From Oxynema aestuarii AP17 (lineage in GTDB: Bacteria > Cyanobacteriota > Cyanobacteriia > Cyanobacteriales > Laspinemataceae), in contig NZ_CP051167.1 of the NCBI RefSeq assembly GCF_012295525.1, forward strand, positions 5,621,299-5,685,298: 64,000 nucleotides of DNA, given 5' to 3'. Shown piece after piece: positions 40,498 to 51,012 of this stretch (positions are counted from its first letter, which is position 1; each line of letters starts with the position of its first letter). The translations under genes were made by a program, and so were the position numbers. The notes beneath the pieces are model-generated. The model saw only the letters and a list, made by a program, of their open reading frames with translations, was not told the origin of the DNA and searched no databases.

Positions 40498-41223
40498 TTA
40501 CGCCGCCTGGGGTTCTAAAGCGCTCGGATCGCCTCGTTCCAAGGCTTCTAGAGCGCTTTGCAGGTGCGATCGCAACTGTTCGGCCCCGCGCTTATTCCCG
40601 GCGCTGACATATTCGGCGACGCGCAGGGGATCGCCGATCCGAATCTCGACATCGCACCCCCACGAGGGGAACGGATCGCTGTAGTGTAGCGAAATCGGCA
40701 CGATCTGGACGCCGAGATCCGCTTGACTCGCTTCTGCTTGCACGGCGAGACGGGTCAACCCCGGTTTGAGGCGGTGGAGTTGACCGTCGCGGAAGATATT
40801 CCCTTCGGGAAAAATCACCAGCATTTGGCGATCGTGCAGCAGTTCGATTCCGTGGCGCAAACTGGCAATTCCCGGATTTTCCGTGTCGATGGGAAACCCC
40901 CCCAACCGCCGGATAAACCAGCCTTGCACTCCTTTAACTTCATTGGCGGTGACCATGTAGCGCAAATCCCGTCCGGTCACGTGGCGTCCGGTCGCATACG
41001 CTACCAGGATCGGGTCCCAACGCGATCGGTGGGTGGGGGCCAGCACGATCGGGCCGTCGCTGGGAAGGCGGTCTCGTCCGCGAACGGCGATCGTCCCAAA
41101 GTAGGCGGGAAGGACGAGGAAGCGTCCCAAGGGATAGACGAGGCGACCCAACCAGGGATCGATTTTCGAGTCGATGTTGTCGAGTTCGAGGGCGGTTTGT
41201 GGACTGGGGGAAAAGAAACGCAT
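40498..41223 (-). CDS. 1-acyl-sn-glycerol-3-phosphate acyltransferase (PlsC/LPLAT family).
   Basis: The HX4D motif (HRSRWD) and the FPEG motif are present. Confidence 0.7.
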   Translation of the reverse strand: MRFFSPSPQTALELDNIDSKIDPWLGRLVYPLGRFLVLPAYFGTIAVRGRDRLPSDGPIVLAPTHRSRWDPILVAYATGRHVTGRDLRYMVTANEVKGVQGWFIRRLGGFPIDTENPGIASLRHGIELLHDRQMLVIFPEGNIFRDGQLHRLKPGLTRLAVQAEASQADLGVQIVPISLHYSDPFPSWGCDVEIRIGDPLRVAEYVSAGNKRGAEQLRSHLQSALEALERGDPSALEPQAA

Positions 41224-41316
41224 GATGATGGGGAAGATCGAAACAGTCGGCTATGTGCGAACGCACGCATCGAGACACGTGAATTTGAGTGTAGCGGCGA
41301 TCGCCCGTCCCCGACC

Positions 41317-41838
41317 CTACGGATCGGACAGTTGTTCGACTGGCGCCGAACGCTTCCCGGTTTTACGGGCGCGACGGCGCCCAAACCAGCTTTGTAATTG
41401 CTCTCTACAGTCTCGTTCGGCAATTCCGGCCAAAACTTCCAAACGATGGAAACAACAGGCACTATCGGGCAAATTTGCTGCGGTACGGATGGCTCCTGCT
41501 TTGGGGTCGTCTGCCCCGTAAACGAGCAGTTTGAGCCGGGATTGGGCGATCGCCGCCGCGCACATCGGACAAGGTTCGAGGGTGACGTAGAGGGTGCAAT
41601 CATTTAAATGCCAATTTTGCAACACTTTTCCCGCTTCGCGCAACGCTACAATTTCCGCATGGGCGGTGGGGTCGCAGTCCCGTTCCCGTCGATTTTCCCC
41701 CCGCGCGATCGCCTCTCCTTTTTTATTAATAATCAGGGCACCGACGGGAATTTCTCCCGCTTCTCCCGCACGTTCGGCGAGGGTTAACGCCTGTTGCATC
41801 CACTGGCGATGGAAGGAATAAGGGCGATCGCAAATCAT
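41317..41838 (-). CDS. tadA: tRNA-specific adenosine deaminase (CDA-fold zinc deaminase).
   Basis: HAE (…TAHAEIVAL…) and PCPMC zinc ligands are present. Confidence 0.8.
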   Translation of the reverse strand: MICDRPYSFHRQWMQQALTLAERAGEAGEIPVGALIINKKGEAIARGENRRERDCDPTAHAEIVALREAGKVLQNWHLNDCTLYVTLEPCPMCAAAIAQSRLKLLVYGADDPKAGAIRTAANLPDSACCFHRLEVLAGIAERDCREQLQSWFGRRRARKTGKRSAPVEQLSDP

Positions 41839-41942
41839 GGGAATTCTAGATTTTAGATTCTTGGATAATTTAACGGTCGCACTCCGTCGATTAAAGTCGA
41901 TGAAACATGCCTGTCAATCGATTGATTGTTCACTGGAATAAC

Positions 41943-42359
41943 TTAGAGATTGCCCGATTGACAAGCCGAACAATCCGCCGGATAGGGCGATTGATAGGTC
42001 TGCGATCGCTTCCCAAAAAGAGTATAGCGGCGATCGCGAACTTGCTCGTAAAGACGATCGCCCGTCCATTTCAAACCGGGAAGCGATCGATATGCGGTCA
42101 CAAACCCTTCGCCACCGGGTAACAATCGCCCAATTTCTTCGGCTGCATCACTTCCCTGCCACCGTTTTTCTAACCGATCTCCATCGATTAAAATCATCCC
42201 CAATTCGCAATCCTCTGGGGTGATTTGCAACTTTTGCAAACTCCGTTCGTCTTGCATGGGAATATAGCGAAAGCGATCGCCTTTATCCAGAGATTCCAAC
42301 AGTTGTACTAAATTGGAACATAAATTGCAATTGCCATCGTAAATCACAATATAAGTCAC
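41943..42359 (-). CDS. DCC-family thiol-disulfide oxidoreductase (DUF393).
   Basis: The N-terminus has YDGNCNLC. Confidence 0.6.
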   Translation of the reverse strand: MTYIVIYDGNCNLCSNLVQLLESLDKGDRFRYIPMQDERSLQKLQITPEDCELGMILIDGDRLEKRWQGSDAAEEIGRLLPGGEGFVTAYRSLPGLKWTGDRLYEQVRDRRYTLFGKRSQTYQSPYPADCSACQSGNL

Positions 42360-42417
42360 GATCTTTATGCGGTAATAGAGATAAAAAACGCCAATCGACT
42401 ATAGAGATTGTCTGAAA

Positions 42418-42735
42418 TCAAACCGTTGCTTCCGCCGCTAATAAAGGATCGAGTTGACCTTGACTATCCAATGCGTAAAGATCGTCACAACCGCCGATAT
42501 GGCGATCGTTAATAAAAATTTGGGGAACCGTACGCCGTCCGTTCGCCCGTTCGGCCATTTTAACCCGCGCCGCCCCATCTCCATCGATTTTATACTCGAC
42601 AAAGTTCACCCCTTTCCAAGACAGCAGCAGTTTGGCGCGAATGCAATAGGGACAAGTTTGCCAGGTGTAAATTTCTACCTTGGCTTTGATATTTTCTGGA
42701 TGGCGACCGAACAGACGATTAATCAATTGCATCAT
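42418..42735 (-). CDS. grxC: Dithiol glutaredoxin (CPYC type).
   Basis: …TCPYCIRAK… and …TVPQIFI…GGCDDL are present. Confidence 0.8.
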   Translation of the reverse strand: MMQLINRLFGRHPENIKAKVEIYTWQTCPYCIRAKLLLSWKGVNFVEYKIDGDGAARVKMAERANGRRTVPQIFINDRHIGGCDDLYALDSQGQLDPLLAAEATV

Positions 42736-42880
42736 GGTTTTAATTTGGGTTGTATTATGGCGATAACAATTCTCATCCCACTCGGCTAAACTCTCAACTA
42801 TGTCCGCAGAAGACAGACGTCATCAATTGACAAGCTTGTTAGAAGGTCGAGCCTTGTTATCAAGTTATTCTGGAATATTC

Positions 42881-43015
42881 TACAGCACTCGGGCGTCTGA
42901 TGAGGGGGATTGCGGGGGGAACGAGCAAAGTCCCCCTTTTTAAGGGGGATTTAGGGGGATTTAGGAGGATTTAGGGGGATCTAAATGTCTTGCATAGCAG
43001 AGGAAAATGCTGTAG
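42881..43015. repeat. Copy B of the dispersed MITE-like repeat (135 bp). It begins TACAGCACTCGGG and ends …AAAATGCTGTAG.
   Basis: It shares the 5' and 3' modules with copies A and C. Confidence 0.65.
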
Positions 43016-43167
43016 CGTCTTTTCAAGAGTTTGTAAATGAATCCCCCCTCCTCGATCGCTTGAATCTAAGATAAATCTTGTAATCGACCTTAACAATTCA
43101 CAAACTCCCTGTAGAGATACGGCATTGTCGTATCCTAATTTTATCGCATTTTTGATTTAAATCAATC

Positions 43168-43683
43168 TTATTTAGTAATGATTTTGACTCCTGCTTCGCC
43201 GATGATGCAAATCGTATGGGTGAACAAAAAAGAATTGGGGATTAAAATCTTTTTTTCCTTATCTTTTAAAGTAGTATAGCGCAAGTCTATTTCAGTAACC
43301 GTTCCTTCAAAGTTGGAAACAGAAATGCGATCGCCTCGCCGGAAAGGGCGATAAATTAAAATTAACGAACCAGCAACTAAATTAGATAAAATATCTTTTA
43401 ACGCCAAACCGACCGCAAATCCAGTCAAGCCCAAACCAGCCACGATCGCCGAAATATCAATTCCCAATGTTCCCAAGGCGGTAATTAACCCAAAAATGAG
43501 AATCACTGCACTACTAATTTGTTGAATTAACTTAAGGGCATCGGGATTTAATTGACTATTGCGCGCCAGGGGACGCATCAATCTTTTTAAAAGATAGCTG
43601 GACAACCAAAAAGCTAAAAAGATCGCCAGACTGGCGGCAAGTTTAGGAAGAAAGAGAATAATTTGACGAATCAGTTCAGTCAA
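43168..43683 (-). CDS. Small MscS-family mechanosensitive channel.
   Basis: It has TM helices followed by …GDRISVSNFEGTVTEIDLRYTTL…. Confidence 0.65.
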   Translation of the reverse strand: MTELIRQIILFLPKLAASLAIFLAFWLSSYLLKRLMRPLARNSQLNPDALKLIQQISSAVILIFGLITALGTLGIDISAIVAGLGLTGFAVGLALKDILSNLVAGSLILIYRPFRRGDRISVSNFEGTVTEIDLRYTTLKDKEKKILIPNSFLFTHTICIIGEAGVKIITK

Positions 43684-43939
43684 GATCGAGTTGAGGTTAA
43701 AAGACAGGTCGAATTCAGAGATCGCCCACTGTTCTTATTGTGGGAATCATGCAGATATAATACCATTTTTGAAAAATAATGAGAGACCGAGGGGAGGGAC
43801 ACGGCACTGCCGTGTCCCTACAGGCGATCCATCTCGATCGAGTTTTTAGAAAATTGGTATAAAATAGCAGCAAAGCCTCAATCTTTCACGGTCTCTCAAT
43901 CCCGATATTGTTGCCCTTTATTGTCTATAGCCTCTTCCG

Positions 43940-46552
43940 TTACAACCAATTCCCTACCAAAACATACGGCCCCCAATAAATCGGGTGTTGATATTCGGGA
44001 ATCTTCAATAAATTAATTTGAGCTTGTCGTAACGCTTCGGCTTTGGTCAGGGTAGAACGGTTCAGTTGGCGGTAAAATTCGACCATTAAAGGAGCGGTAG
44101 CGGCATCGTCGATATACCATAAAGTAGCGAGGGTACTGCGCGCCCCGGCTTTAATGGCAATTCCTGCCAAACCGAGGGCGGCGCGACTGTCGCCACTGGC
44201 GGTTTCACAAGCGCTGAGAACGAGTAATTCGATCGCCTCGTCGCTGCTGCTAGTGCGTTCGCGAACCCGCAATAAGTTATCGAATTCGTTGACATTAATG
44301 CGCTCGTCCCAAGCAAGAATAAATGTATCTTCGGCTTGAGAACTAAATTGACCGTGAGTGGCAATATGGACGATTTCAAAAGGAGTTTTGAGGAGACTTT
44401 CTCGCAGTTGAGACCGGGTAAAGTTTTCGTTGAGTAAGAGAAGTCCGGGTAGGGTTTGATGGATTTCCCGGATTTCGGTTTTGACGTAAGGAAGGGCGGA
44501 AAACCCCGATCGCGCTTCGCTGATTCCGGCGGTGAGGGCTTTTAAGTTCGACTGTTTTAAAGGATTGGGTTTGAGAATTTGCAAGCCGGGAGTGAGGGCG
44601 ATCGCGTAATTTTCGATCAGGAACTGTTCGCCGTCGTAGAGGGTTGACATGGGAATGTTGCGAAACAAGCCGTCGGGGACGAATACGAGGGTTTGAACGT
44701 CGGCGGCGGCGAGCTCGGCGGCGATCGGTTCGATCAGCCATTGATACACTTGATTGCCGTATTGTAAGTAATTAAAAGAGCTACGTTTGACTAAACTTTG
44801 ACGCAGTCGGATCAGGGTTTGTTCGACTTCAGATTTAGCAACGGCGTGGCTGAAGTGACGCAAAGGTTGCCCGGGAAGGGAGACAATCGTATGCAGGCGG
44901 TTTTCTAAAATCAGGGGATAAAAAATACTGGCGTGGGGGTCTACGCGATCGATTTCCACGGGTTGGGTGTCGAGACAAGCATCGCGAAAGAAGTTGTCGA
45001 GTTCGGCAAGTTGGAGGGCTTCGACGACTTTGAGGGCCTGACGCAGACGATCTTGAGTGGGTTGACGATCGCCCTCACCTTGTAGCAAAATGCCGAGGAG
45101 TTCGCGGTAAACGGGTTCGACGCGATCGCGGAAGGAAAACTGCACTTCGCGATTGACGGTGACCAAATCGTAACGAATGGCTTGCAGGGATTTCACCGCT
45201 TCGCTGTAGGCGACGATCGCCCGTTCCCGGTCGTCATGGGCGATCGCGAGGCGTCCGAGTTGCCACTGCCAGCGATAGGCGATATCGGCGGCATCGATTT
45301 GCTGTGCTAAGAGCAATGCGCGCTCGGTGAGCTGCCTCGCGTCGGCAATTTGACCATTTTGCTCGTAAAGATGGCCGAGGCTGCCTAAAGCGTGGGAGAG
45401 GGCGCGTTTGTCTTGCAGGTGTTCGGCGGTCCGCACGGCGTCGGCGAACAGGCGGGCGATCGCTTCTTGGGGTAGGGGGGTTCGCGTAGGATCTCCAATG
45501 GAGAATCGCCGATCGAACTGTGCCAATTCGCTCAAACTTTGGGCGAAATTAATCTGGGCGTACACTTGAGATCGTCCGGGGTGCAGGCGATCGAGCTGTG
45601 CGGGAAGGCGATCGATCGTTTCGGTCACGATCGCTTGTGCTTGCGCGTCGCCCCCTTCTAACAGGCGAATGGCGATCGCGAGGGCATTAAGATCGGCTTC
45701 GACGGCGACGCGATCGCTGGTGGCGGCGGCGTCTCGGTAAGCCTGCAACGCCGTGGTCAGGTCGTCGTCGGCGCGGGCGGTATTGCCCAAATCGAGCAGG
45801 ATTTGGCCGATGAGATCGCGGCGTTGCTCGCCGGATAATTGTCGGGCGAGGCTCAAACTACTTTGCAAGACTTGGCGCGATCGCTCCAAATCGCCGACCA
45901 AACGCAAAGCATTGCCCAAAGCGCGCAAACTCTCACTTCTCAGGGCGAGGTCCGGTTCGTTACTGAGCCGATGGTGGAGGGCTTCGAGGCGATCGCGCGA
46001 TCGCCGATAAAAGCCCAATCCCTGCAAGGCTTGAGCCAGGGAGATTTCGACGCGATCCGCAGCGAGACGATCGCCCGCTTCGCGGTAGGCGGCGATCGCC
46101 GCTTCCCAGGTGTCCGCAGCGCGTTCGAGTTGTCCCCGGTCGAACTCCAAATGACCGCGCGCGTTGAGCGCTTGCGCCAGAACCCGCCTTCGCGCTTCCG
46201 GGGGGATTTCACCGGAATTGACCAGGCTCAAACTGCGGGCGATCGCCATTTCGGCGCGCTTCCACTCCCCTAATTCCCGCCAGGTCGTCCCTAAATTACT
46301 CAGGGCGATCGCGACGGGGGTCGGATCGCGACGGTCCGCACGCGATCGCGCCGCCTCTTGCCACACTTCCACCGCTTGCTGAAATTGCCCGCGATCGTAA
46401 AATAGCCGTCCCCGTTCGATCCATCCCGGGTTCGCCGGATCCGACGCCGACCCACGGAGACTCAAAGGCCCCGCGATCGCCACCATACAAAGGAATCCGA
46501 GCATTAAAAAGGATTGGAAATCACGGAAAAATAAATGCCGTTTTCTTGCCAC
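43940..46552 (-). CDS. Secreted TPR-repeat + CHAT (caspase-HetF-associated) domain protein.
   Basis: It has a signal peptide and N-terminal TPRs. The C-terminal CHAT His/Cys dyad contexts are …VHIATHGQF… and …LLVLSACETASG…. Confidence 0.7.
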   Translation of the reverse strand: MARKRHLFFRDFQSFLMLGFLCMVAIAGPLSLRGSASDPANPGWIERGRLFYDRGQFQQAVEVWQEAARSRADRRDPTPVAIALSNLGTTWRELGEWKRAEMAIARSLSLVNSGEIPPEARRRVLAQALNARGHLEFDRGQLERAADTWEAAIAAYREAGDRLAADRVEISLAQALQGLGFYRRSRDRLEALHHRLSNEPDLALRSESLRALGNALRLVGDLERSRQVLQSSLSLARQLSGEQRRDLIGQILLDLGNTARADDDLTTALQAYRDAAATSDRVAVEADLNALAIAIRLLEGGDAQAQAIVTETIDRLPAQLDRLHPGRSQVYAQINFAQSLSELAQFDRRFSIGDPTRTPLPQEAIARLFADAVRTAEHLQDKRALSHALGSLGHLYEQNGQIADARQLTERALLLAQQIDAADIAYRWQWQLGRLAIAHDDRERAIVAYSEAVKSLQAIRYDLVTVNREVQFSFRDRVEPVYRELLGILLQGEGDRQPTQDRLRQALKVVEALQLAELDNFFRDACLDTQPVEIDRVDPHASIFYPLILENRLHTIVSLPGQPLRHFSHAVAKSEVEQTLIRLRQSLVKRSSFNYLQYGNQVYQWLIEPIAAELAAADVQTLVFVPDGLFRNIPMSTLYDGEQFLIENYAIALTPGLQILKPNPLKQSNLKALTAGISEARSGFSALPYVKTEIREIHQTLPGLLLLNENFTRSQLRESLLKTPFEIVHIATHGQFSSQAEDTFILAWDERINVNEFDNLLRVRERTSSSDEAIELLVLSACETASGDSRAALGLAGIAIKAGARSTLATLWYIDDAATAPLMVEFYRQLNRSTLTKAEALRQAQINLLKIPEYQHPIYWGPYVLVGNWL

Positions 46553-48360
46553 GTTCGATCTCTAGAATTGATATCGACAAGTGGAACCCCCCAATCCACA
46601 CGAGCGCGTAATTTATCGCTCAACTGCAGTTGCAATCCCATCCCTAATGACACTAACGTATTGGAATCCGGGTTTTGCTGACCGTCGGAATTCCACGCCG
46701 TACCGACATCGATAAAAGGCGCCAGATGTACCATAAATTCTCGCCCTCGGGTGCGGTAAAGCGGAAGGCGCACTTCTGCGGAGGCAAAGGCGCCGTTATC
46801 GGCGAGCAGGGCATCTTGACGGTAGCCGCGCACGCTTTCAAAACCGCCCAAGCCGAATTGTTCCAGGGGGACGAGGGCTTCCGGACTCAGTTGCACGTCA
46901 CCGCGTAGCAACAGGGTCGCGGCCCCGCGCGGATCCCCCGTTTGTCCGCCGAGTACCCGCAGCCACTGTACCTGTCCGCGCCACGTCAAAAAGCGGCTGT
47001 CCGGTTCGGAACTGTTGACCGTGGCGTCAAACCAACCGACGCCGAGGCTGAACTGCGATCGCGCCGCCAACACTTGGCGAGAACTGCGTTCGGTCCATTC
47101 TTGGAAAAAGCGTAACGCCGAAATCCGCGTTTCGCCGTCGTCGTCGGCCCCGGGAGAGAGGGGAAAATCGACCCCGAGGAGGGAGGTTTGACTCGATCGC
47201 CGTGCGGCGGTCAACCCGAGGGCAAATTCTCGGGTCGGGGTTTCTAAAAACGGTTGGCGCAAGGTGACTTCGCTGGTGCGCGATTTGGCTTCGATATCGA
47301 CGCGATCGAACGGCGGCTCGATAATTTCACTCGACGTGCGACTGTGGGAAAAGTTGAGGGTGCCGTTACGCGAGTTAATCGGGAAGGTGTAGTCGAAATC
47401 CCACTGGTCGCTGCCTTCCGTGCGCGCGTAAGCGGCTCCAAAGGCATCGCCAAACCCGAATAAGTTGCCGTGATTGAGGTTAATTTCTTGCCGGAAGGTG
47501 CCGACACTCGGCGATCGCCCGTTATCGATTTTGAACTCGGCCCCGAAGGCGCGCGCTTCTTCGATCTGCACTTCGAGCAGGTTTTCCCCGGTGCGCGTCC
47601 CGGCGGACAGTTCCGCCGATAAATTTTCGATCAGGGGGTTGAGTTGCAACAGTTGCAACGCTTCGAGGAGTTCTTCGATATTGACGGGTTTTTGACCGGC
47701 CCGTTCCAAACGAGAGCGGATGTAGTTGGGACTGAGACGATTGGTTCCACTCACTTGGATCTCTTCGAGTCCGCCTTCGACCACTTGGATTTTGACGATC
47801 CCGTTTTCTAAGGTTTGGGGCGGAATTAAGGCCCCAGTGGTGATGTAACCCCGCTCGTTGTAATATTCGGTGACTGCGGAACGCGCTTGCAACAGTTCTG
47901 CAAACGATAAGGGGCGATTGATAAAGCTGGAAAGCAGATCTTCTAATTCTTCATCGCTGAAAATCGTGCTACCGAGTACCTCGAAGCCATCGACTTCGAT
48001 GGTCGTCGGAATCTCCCCGGTCGCATCCGGCGCCGCGTCCGGATCGGAGGGGGATACGCTGGGCGGTCGCAACAGTTCTTCCGGCGGCGGTAACAGTGGC
48101 GGTTGTTCCGGTAAGGGTTCGGAGGGGGGTAGGGGGTTGGGAATGTCTGTCGGTACGTTTTGGGCGATCGCCCGCTCCACCGAGGTTACCGATGCGACCA
48201 ACATGATCGGGAGTGAGAAAAGAGAGGAAAGCTTAAATAAAGGATGGCGCCCGTTTTCTAAGTTCAAACCGATCCGGTTTAAGGATCGATCCCCGGTTTC
48301 GGTTGGGCTTTGCCGCCGCCGAACTAGAAAGGTCGCCAAAAACTGTTGTGTTGGAAACAT
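46504..48360 (-). CDS. ShlB/FhaC/HecB-type two-partner-secretion outer-membrane transporter (TpsB) with POTRA domains.
   Basis: It has a signal peptide and a POTRA-like …VDGFEVLGSTIFSDEELEDL…. It ends in the aromatic …NPF typical of a beta-barrel, and overlaps the downstream CHAT gene by 49 nt. Confidence 0.7.
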   Translation of the reverse strand: MFPTQQFLATFLVRRRQSPTETGDRSLNRIGLNLENGRHPLFKLSSLFSLPIMLVASVTSVERAIAQNVPTDIPNPLPPSEPLPEQPPLLPPPEELLRPPSVSPSDPDAAPDATGEIPTTIEVDGFEVLGSTIFSDEELEDLLSSFINRPLSFAELLQARSAVTEYYNERGYITTGALIPPQTLENGIVKIQVVEGGLEEIQVSGTNRLSPNYIRSRLERAGQKPVNIEELLEALQLLQLNPLIENLSAELSAGTRTGENLLEVQIEEARAFGAEFKIDNGRSPSVGTFRQEINLNHGNLFGFGDAFGAAYARTEGSDQWDFDYTFPINSRNGTLNFSHSRTSSEIIEPPFDRVDIEAKSRTSEVTLRQPFLETPTREFALGLTAARRSSQTSLLGVDFPLSPGADDDGETRISALRFFQEWTERSSRQVLAARSQFSLGVGWFDATVNSSEPDSRFLTWRGQVQWLRVLGGQTGDPRGAATLLLRGDVQLSPEALVPLEQFGLGGFESVRGYRQDALLADNGAFASAEVRLPLYRTRGREFMVHLAPFIDVGTAWNSDGQQNPDSNTLVSLGMGLQLQLSDKLRARVDWGVPLVDINSRDRTWQENGIYFSVISNPF

Positions 48361-48850
48361 CTTAATTTAGTACACTCAAGCAAATGAGTTGGATCGGGTT
48401 GGCAAATTTAATTGGTAGATTGGTTCGCTCCAATTTTATGCATCTGCACCCAGCAATTCACTCTATTTTAGGTCTCGATTCCCTGGTTAGAGACAACAAT
48501 TATTGAAAATTAAAATATGAGGTTTCTCAAGCCTCAGCCCGGATCGTTTTTTTCTATTTCATTAAAACTTAACCGGGCGATCGCGCCGAGACCCCTCTAA
48601 ATTTTTCGGCCATTGCCACCCCATTGCGGCCATCCTACCCGACAAAAATAACTTTAACCCTTTCTTCCTTCCTCTGTCACGATCCGGGCGGGCGATCGCG
48701 ATTGATTCCGATTCCCGTTTGTCGATAAATATAAATCTTTTGAGGGATGTTTTATTTATATTTCAGGGTTGATTTGAGAAGATATAGCGATCTAATTGAG
48801 TCGGTGTTCGCAGATAAAAGCGAGACATAGAAAACCCCGACAGGCGATCG

Positions 48851-49552
48851 TTATCTGCCTTCTCCCTCTCGTTCTAACTGCTGCACGAAGGCTCGATGCG
48901 CCGGACTGGCCAATCCCGCTTGCAACGTCGCCATCAGTGCCCCCATCTCTCCCGCCAGGAGTTGGGGAACCGCCAGCCACAAGCCCGGAAAGACCCCACT
49001 GCGAACGATCCCGTCTCCGTCGGGAACTCGGGAAATATACTCTTCTCCTTCCAAGCCAAACCAATCGAATTTTCGATCCATCACTTGCCATACCCAATAT
49101 TCCCGAACCCGATTGCGTCGATACACTCGTTTTTTATCGCGCAAGTCAATCGAAGCCGTACTCGCCGCAATTTCGACAATTAATTCCGGTGCCCCTTCGA
49201 TGTATCCCTCCTCACCGAGGGAACTTTGACCGCCAGAGGGGCGATCGATGAGTAACACCGCATCCGGTTGGGGTTCGTTGTCGAGATCGAGACGCACGCT
49301 CGGATTATCGCCCAAACGCACTCCCGGCGTCGCCATCTTGTAATTCCAAAGCCAACCGATTATGTTGGCATCAGGTTCGGCATGGGCTTCAAATCTCAAA
49401 GGTGAGGCCATGTAAACAATTCCTTCGATCAATTCCGCTTTTTTCACGGAGGGCATTGCTCGGTAACGTCGCTCGAATTCACGACGGGAGAGCAAATCGC
49501 CATTTTCGAGGATCGGCGGAGTTTGAGGATGAGAAGGGGTGAGCGAAGTCAT
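48851..49552 (-). CDS. Uma2-family endonuclease (DUF820).
   Basis: …EYWVWQV…DRKFDWF… is a typical Uma2 core, and the family is abundant in cyanobacteria. Confidence 0.6.
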   Translation of the reverse strand: MTSLTPSHPQTPPILENGDLLSRREFERRYRAMPSVKKAELIEGIVYMASPLRFEAHAEPDANIIGWLWNYKMATPGVRLGDNPSVRLDLDNEPQPDAVLLIDRPSGGQSSLGEEGYIEGAPELIVEIAASTASIDLRDKKRVYRRNRVREYWVWQVMDRKFDWFGLEGEEYISRVPDGDGIVRSGVFPGLWLAVPQLLAGEMGALMATLQAGLASPAHRAFVQQLEREGEGR

Positions 49553-49593
49553 CGGTTGGAGGGGTTCGCTATCGAGATCGGGTTCAATTCAGA

Positions 49594-51012
49594 TTATCTT
49601 AGCCGTTGAAGGGCGGCAAATGCCTCGGAGCGAGCAAAATCGGCGCAATGGCTCACAAAGCGAGCGGGAATTTCCGATCGATCGCCCCAGTGCAAGTGCA
49701 GGTAAGAGGCGTGCAGGGTTTGAGAAGTTCCGTGCCATCCTTCATCGCCGAGGGGTTGGGGGCGATCGTAACGGGATTTTTGGAAGATGGGGGAGTGCGG
49801 TTCGCGGGTGAGGTGCGATCGGTGAAACTCGTGGGCGCAAACGGTTTCGCCCTTTGCCAGGATCGGTGTCGGCTGAAGGGCGATCGCCTTGCGATAACCG
49901 AGAGTCAAGCGAGAACCCATTTGGGCCGTTGTCGGTAAAATTCCGACCATCGGCCAGCTTTGCCCGTCAAAATCGACTAAATGTTCGCACAAATACATCA
50001 AACCGCCACATTCGGCATAGGTCGGCATTCCCGCCGCGATCGCCCCCCGAACTAGATCTCGCAGGCGGTCGTTGGCGGCGAGGGATTCGGCAAAGATTTC
50101 TGGAAAGCCCCCACCGAAGTATAAGCCGTTCGTTCCTTCGGGAAGGCGATCGTCGGCGAGGGGACTCCAGGAGACTAATTCAGCTCCGGCGTCGCGCAGG
50201 CGGTCGAGATTGTCCGGATAGTAGAAACTGAAGGCCCGATCGCGCGCTACGGCGATCGTCACTCGCGCAGACTCGGCGATCTCCGCCAGGGCAGGGCAAT
50301 CGCCCCTAGGGGTTCGGGCCACTTGTAATAAGGGGAAGAGTAAATCCCAGTTAAACGACCGGGCGGCGAGGTGGGCGAGGCGATCGAACAGGGCGTCGAG
50401 ATCGGGCAGTTCGGCAGTCGGAACTAAGCCGAGATGGCGGTCGGGAATGGCGATCGCGTCCTGGCGGCGCAAAATGCCCAAAATCGGCAATCCCAAGGGT
50501 TCTAGGGCATTTTCGAGCAGTTCGCAGTGACGATCGCTCGCCACTCGATTGAGTATGACTCCGGCGATCTTGACGCGCGGGTCAAAATGGCAGTAACCGT
50601 GGGCGATCGCCGCTACGGAACCCGACAGACGGGCGCAATCGACGGTCAACACTACGGGTAAATCGAGCAATCGGGCAATATGGGCCGTACTGGCAAAATC
50701 GCCCTCGGGGCGATCGCCGTCAGGAGCATTGACGCCGTCAAATAAGCCCATCACCCCTTCGACTAGGGCAAATTCGACCGCCGGGACGTGGCGATCGAAG
50801 CAGCGACAGACGTAATCGGGAGACGTCAGTACCGGGTCTAAATTGCGACAGGGACGCCCGGTGACGTACTCGTGAAACATCGGATCGATATAGTCCGGCC
50901 CGACTTTAAACGATTGAACGGAAGATCCTTGGCGTTGTAAATACGCCAGCAGTGACAGGGCGATCGTCGTTTTCCCCGCCCCACTGCGTTCGCCTGCAAT
51001 CACTACAGCCAT
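49594..51012 (-). CDS. cbiA: Cobyrinate a,c-diamide synthase (CobB/CbiA): MinD-like ATPase + glutamine amidotransferase.
   Basis: The N-terminal P-loop MAVVIAGERSGAGKTT and the C-terminal GATase …ECGGLMYL are present. The start is taken at the internal ATG. Confidence 0.75.
   Translation of the reverse strand: MAVVIAGERSGAGKTTIALSLLAYLQRQGSSVQSFKVGPDYIDPMFHEYVTGRPCRNLDPVLTSPDYVCRCFDRHVPAVEFALVEGVMGLFDGVNAPDGDRPEGDFASTAHIARLLDLPVVLTVDCARLSGSVAAIAHGYCHFDPRVKIAGVILNRVASDRHCELLENALEPLGLPILGILRRQDAIAIPDRHLGLVPTAELPDLDALFDRLAHLAARSFNWDLLFPLLQVARTPRGDCPALAEIAESARVTIAVARDRAFSFYYPDNLDRLRDAGAELVSWSPLADDRLPEGTNGLYFGGGFPEIFAESLAANDRLRDLVRGAIAAGMPTYAECGGLMYLCEHLVDFDGQSWPMVGILPTTAQMGSRLTLGYRKAIALQPTPILAKGETVCAHEFHRSHLTREPHSPIFQKSRYDRPQPLGDEGWHGTSQTLHASYLHLHWGDRSEIPARFVSHCADFARSEAFAALQRLR

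Noticed and set aside
42890-42940. CTGATGAG hammerhead-ribozyme-like core inside the dispersed repeat
   Set aside because: The motif is present in copies B and C only (copy A has CTTAGTGAG). The following G-rich segment cannot form stem II, and no GAAA/stem III arrangement is present.
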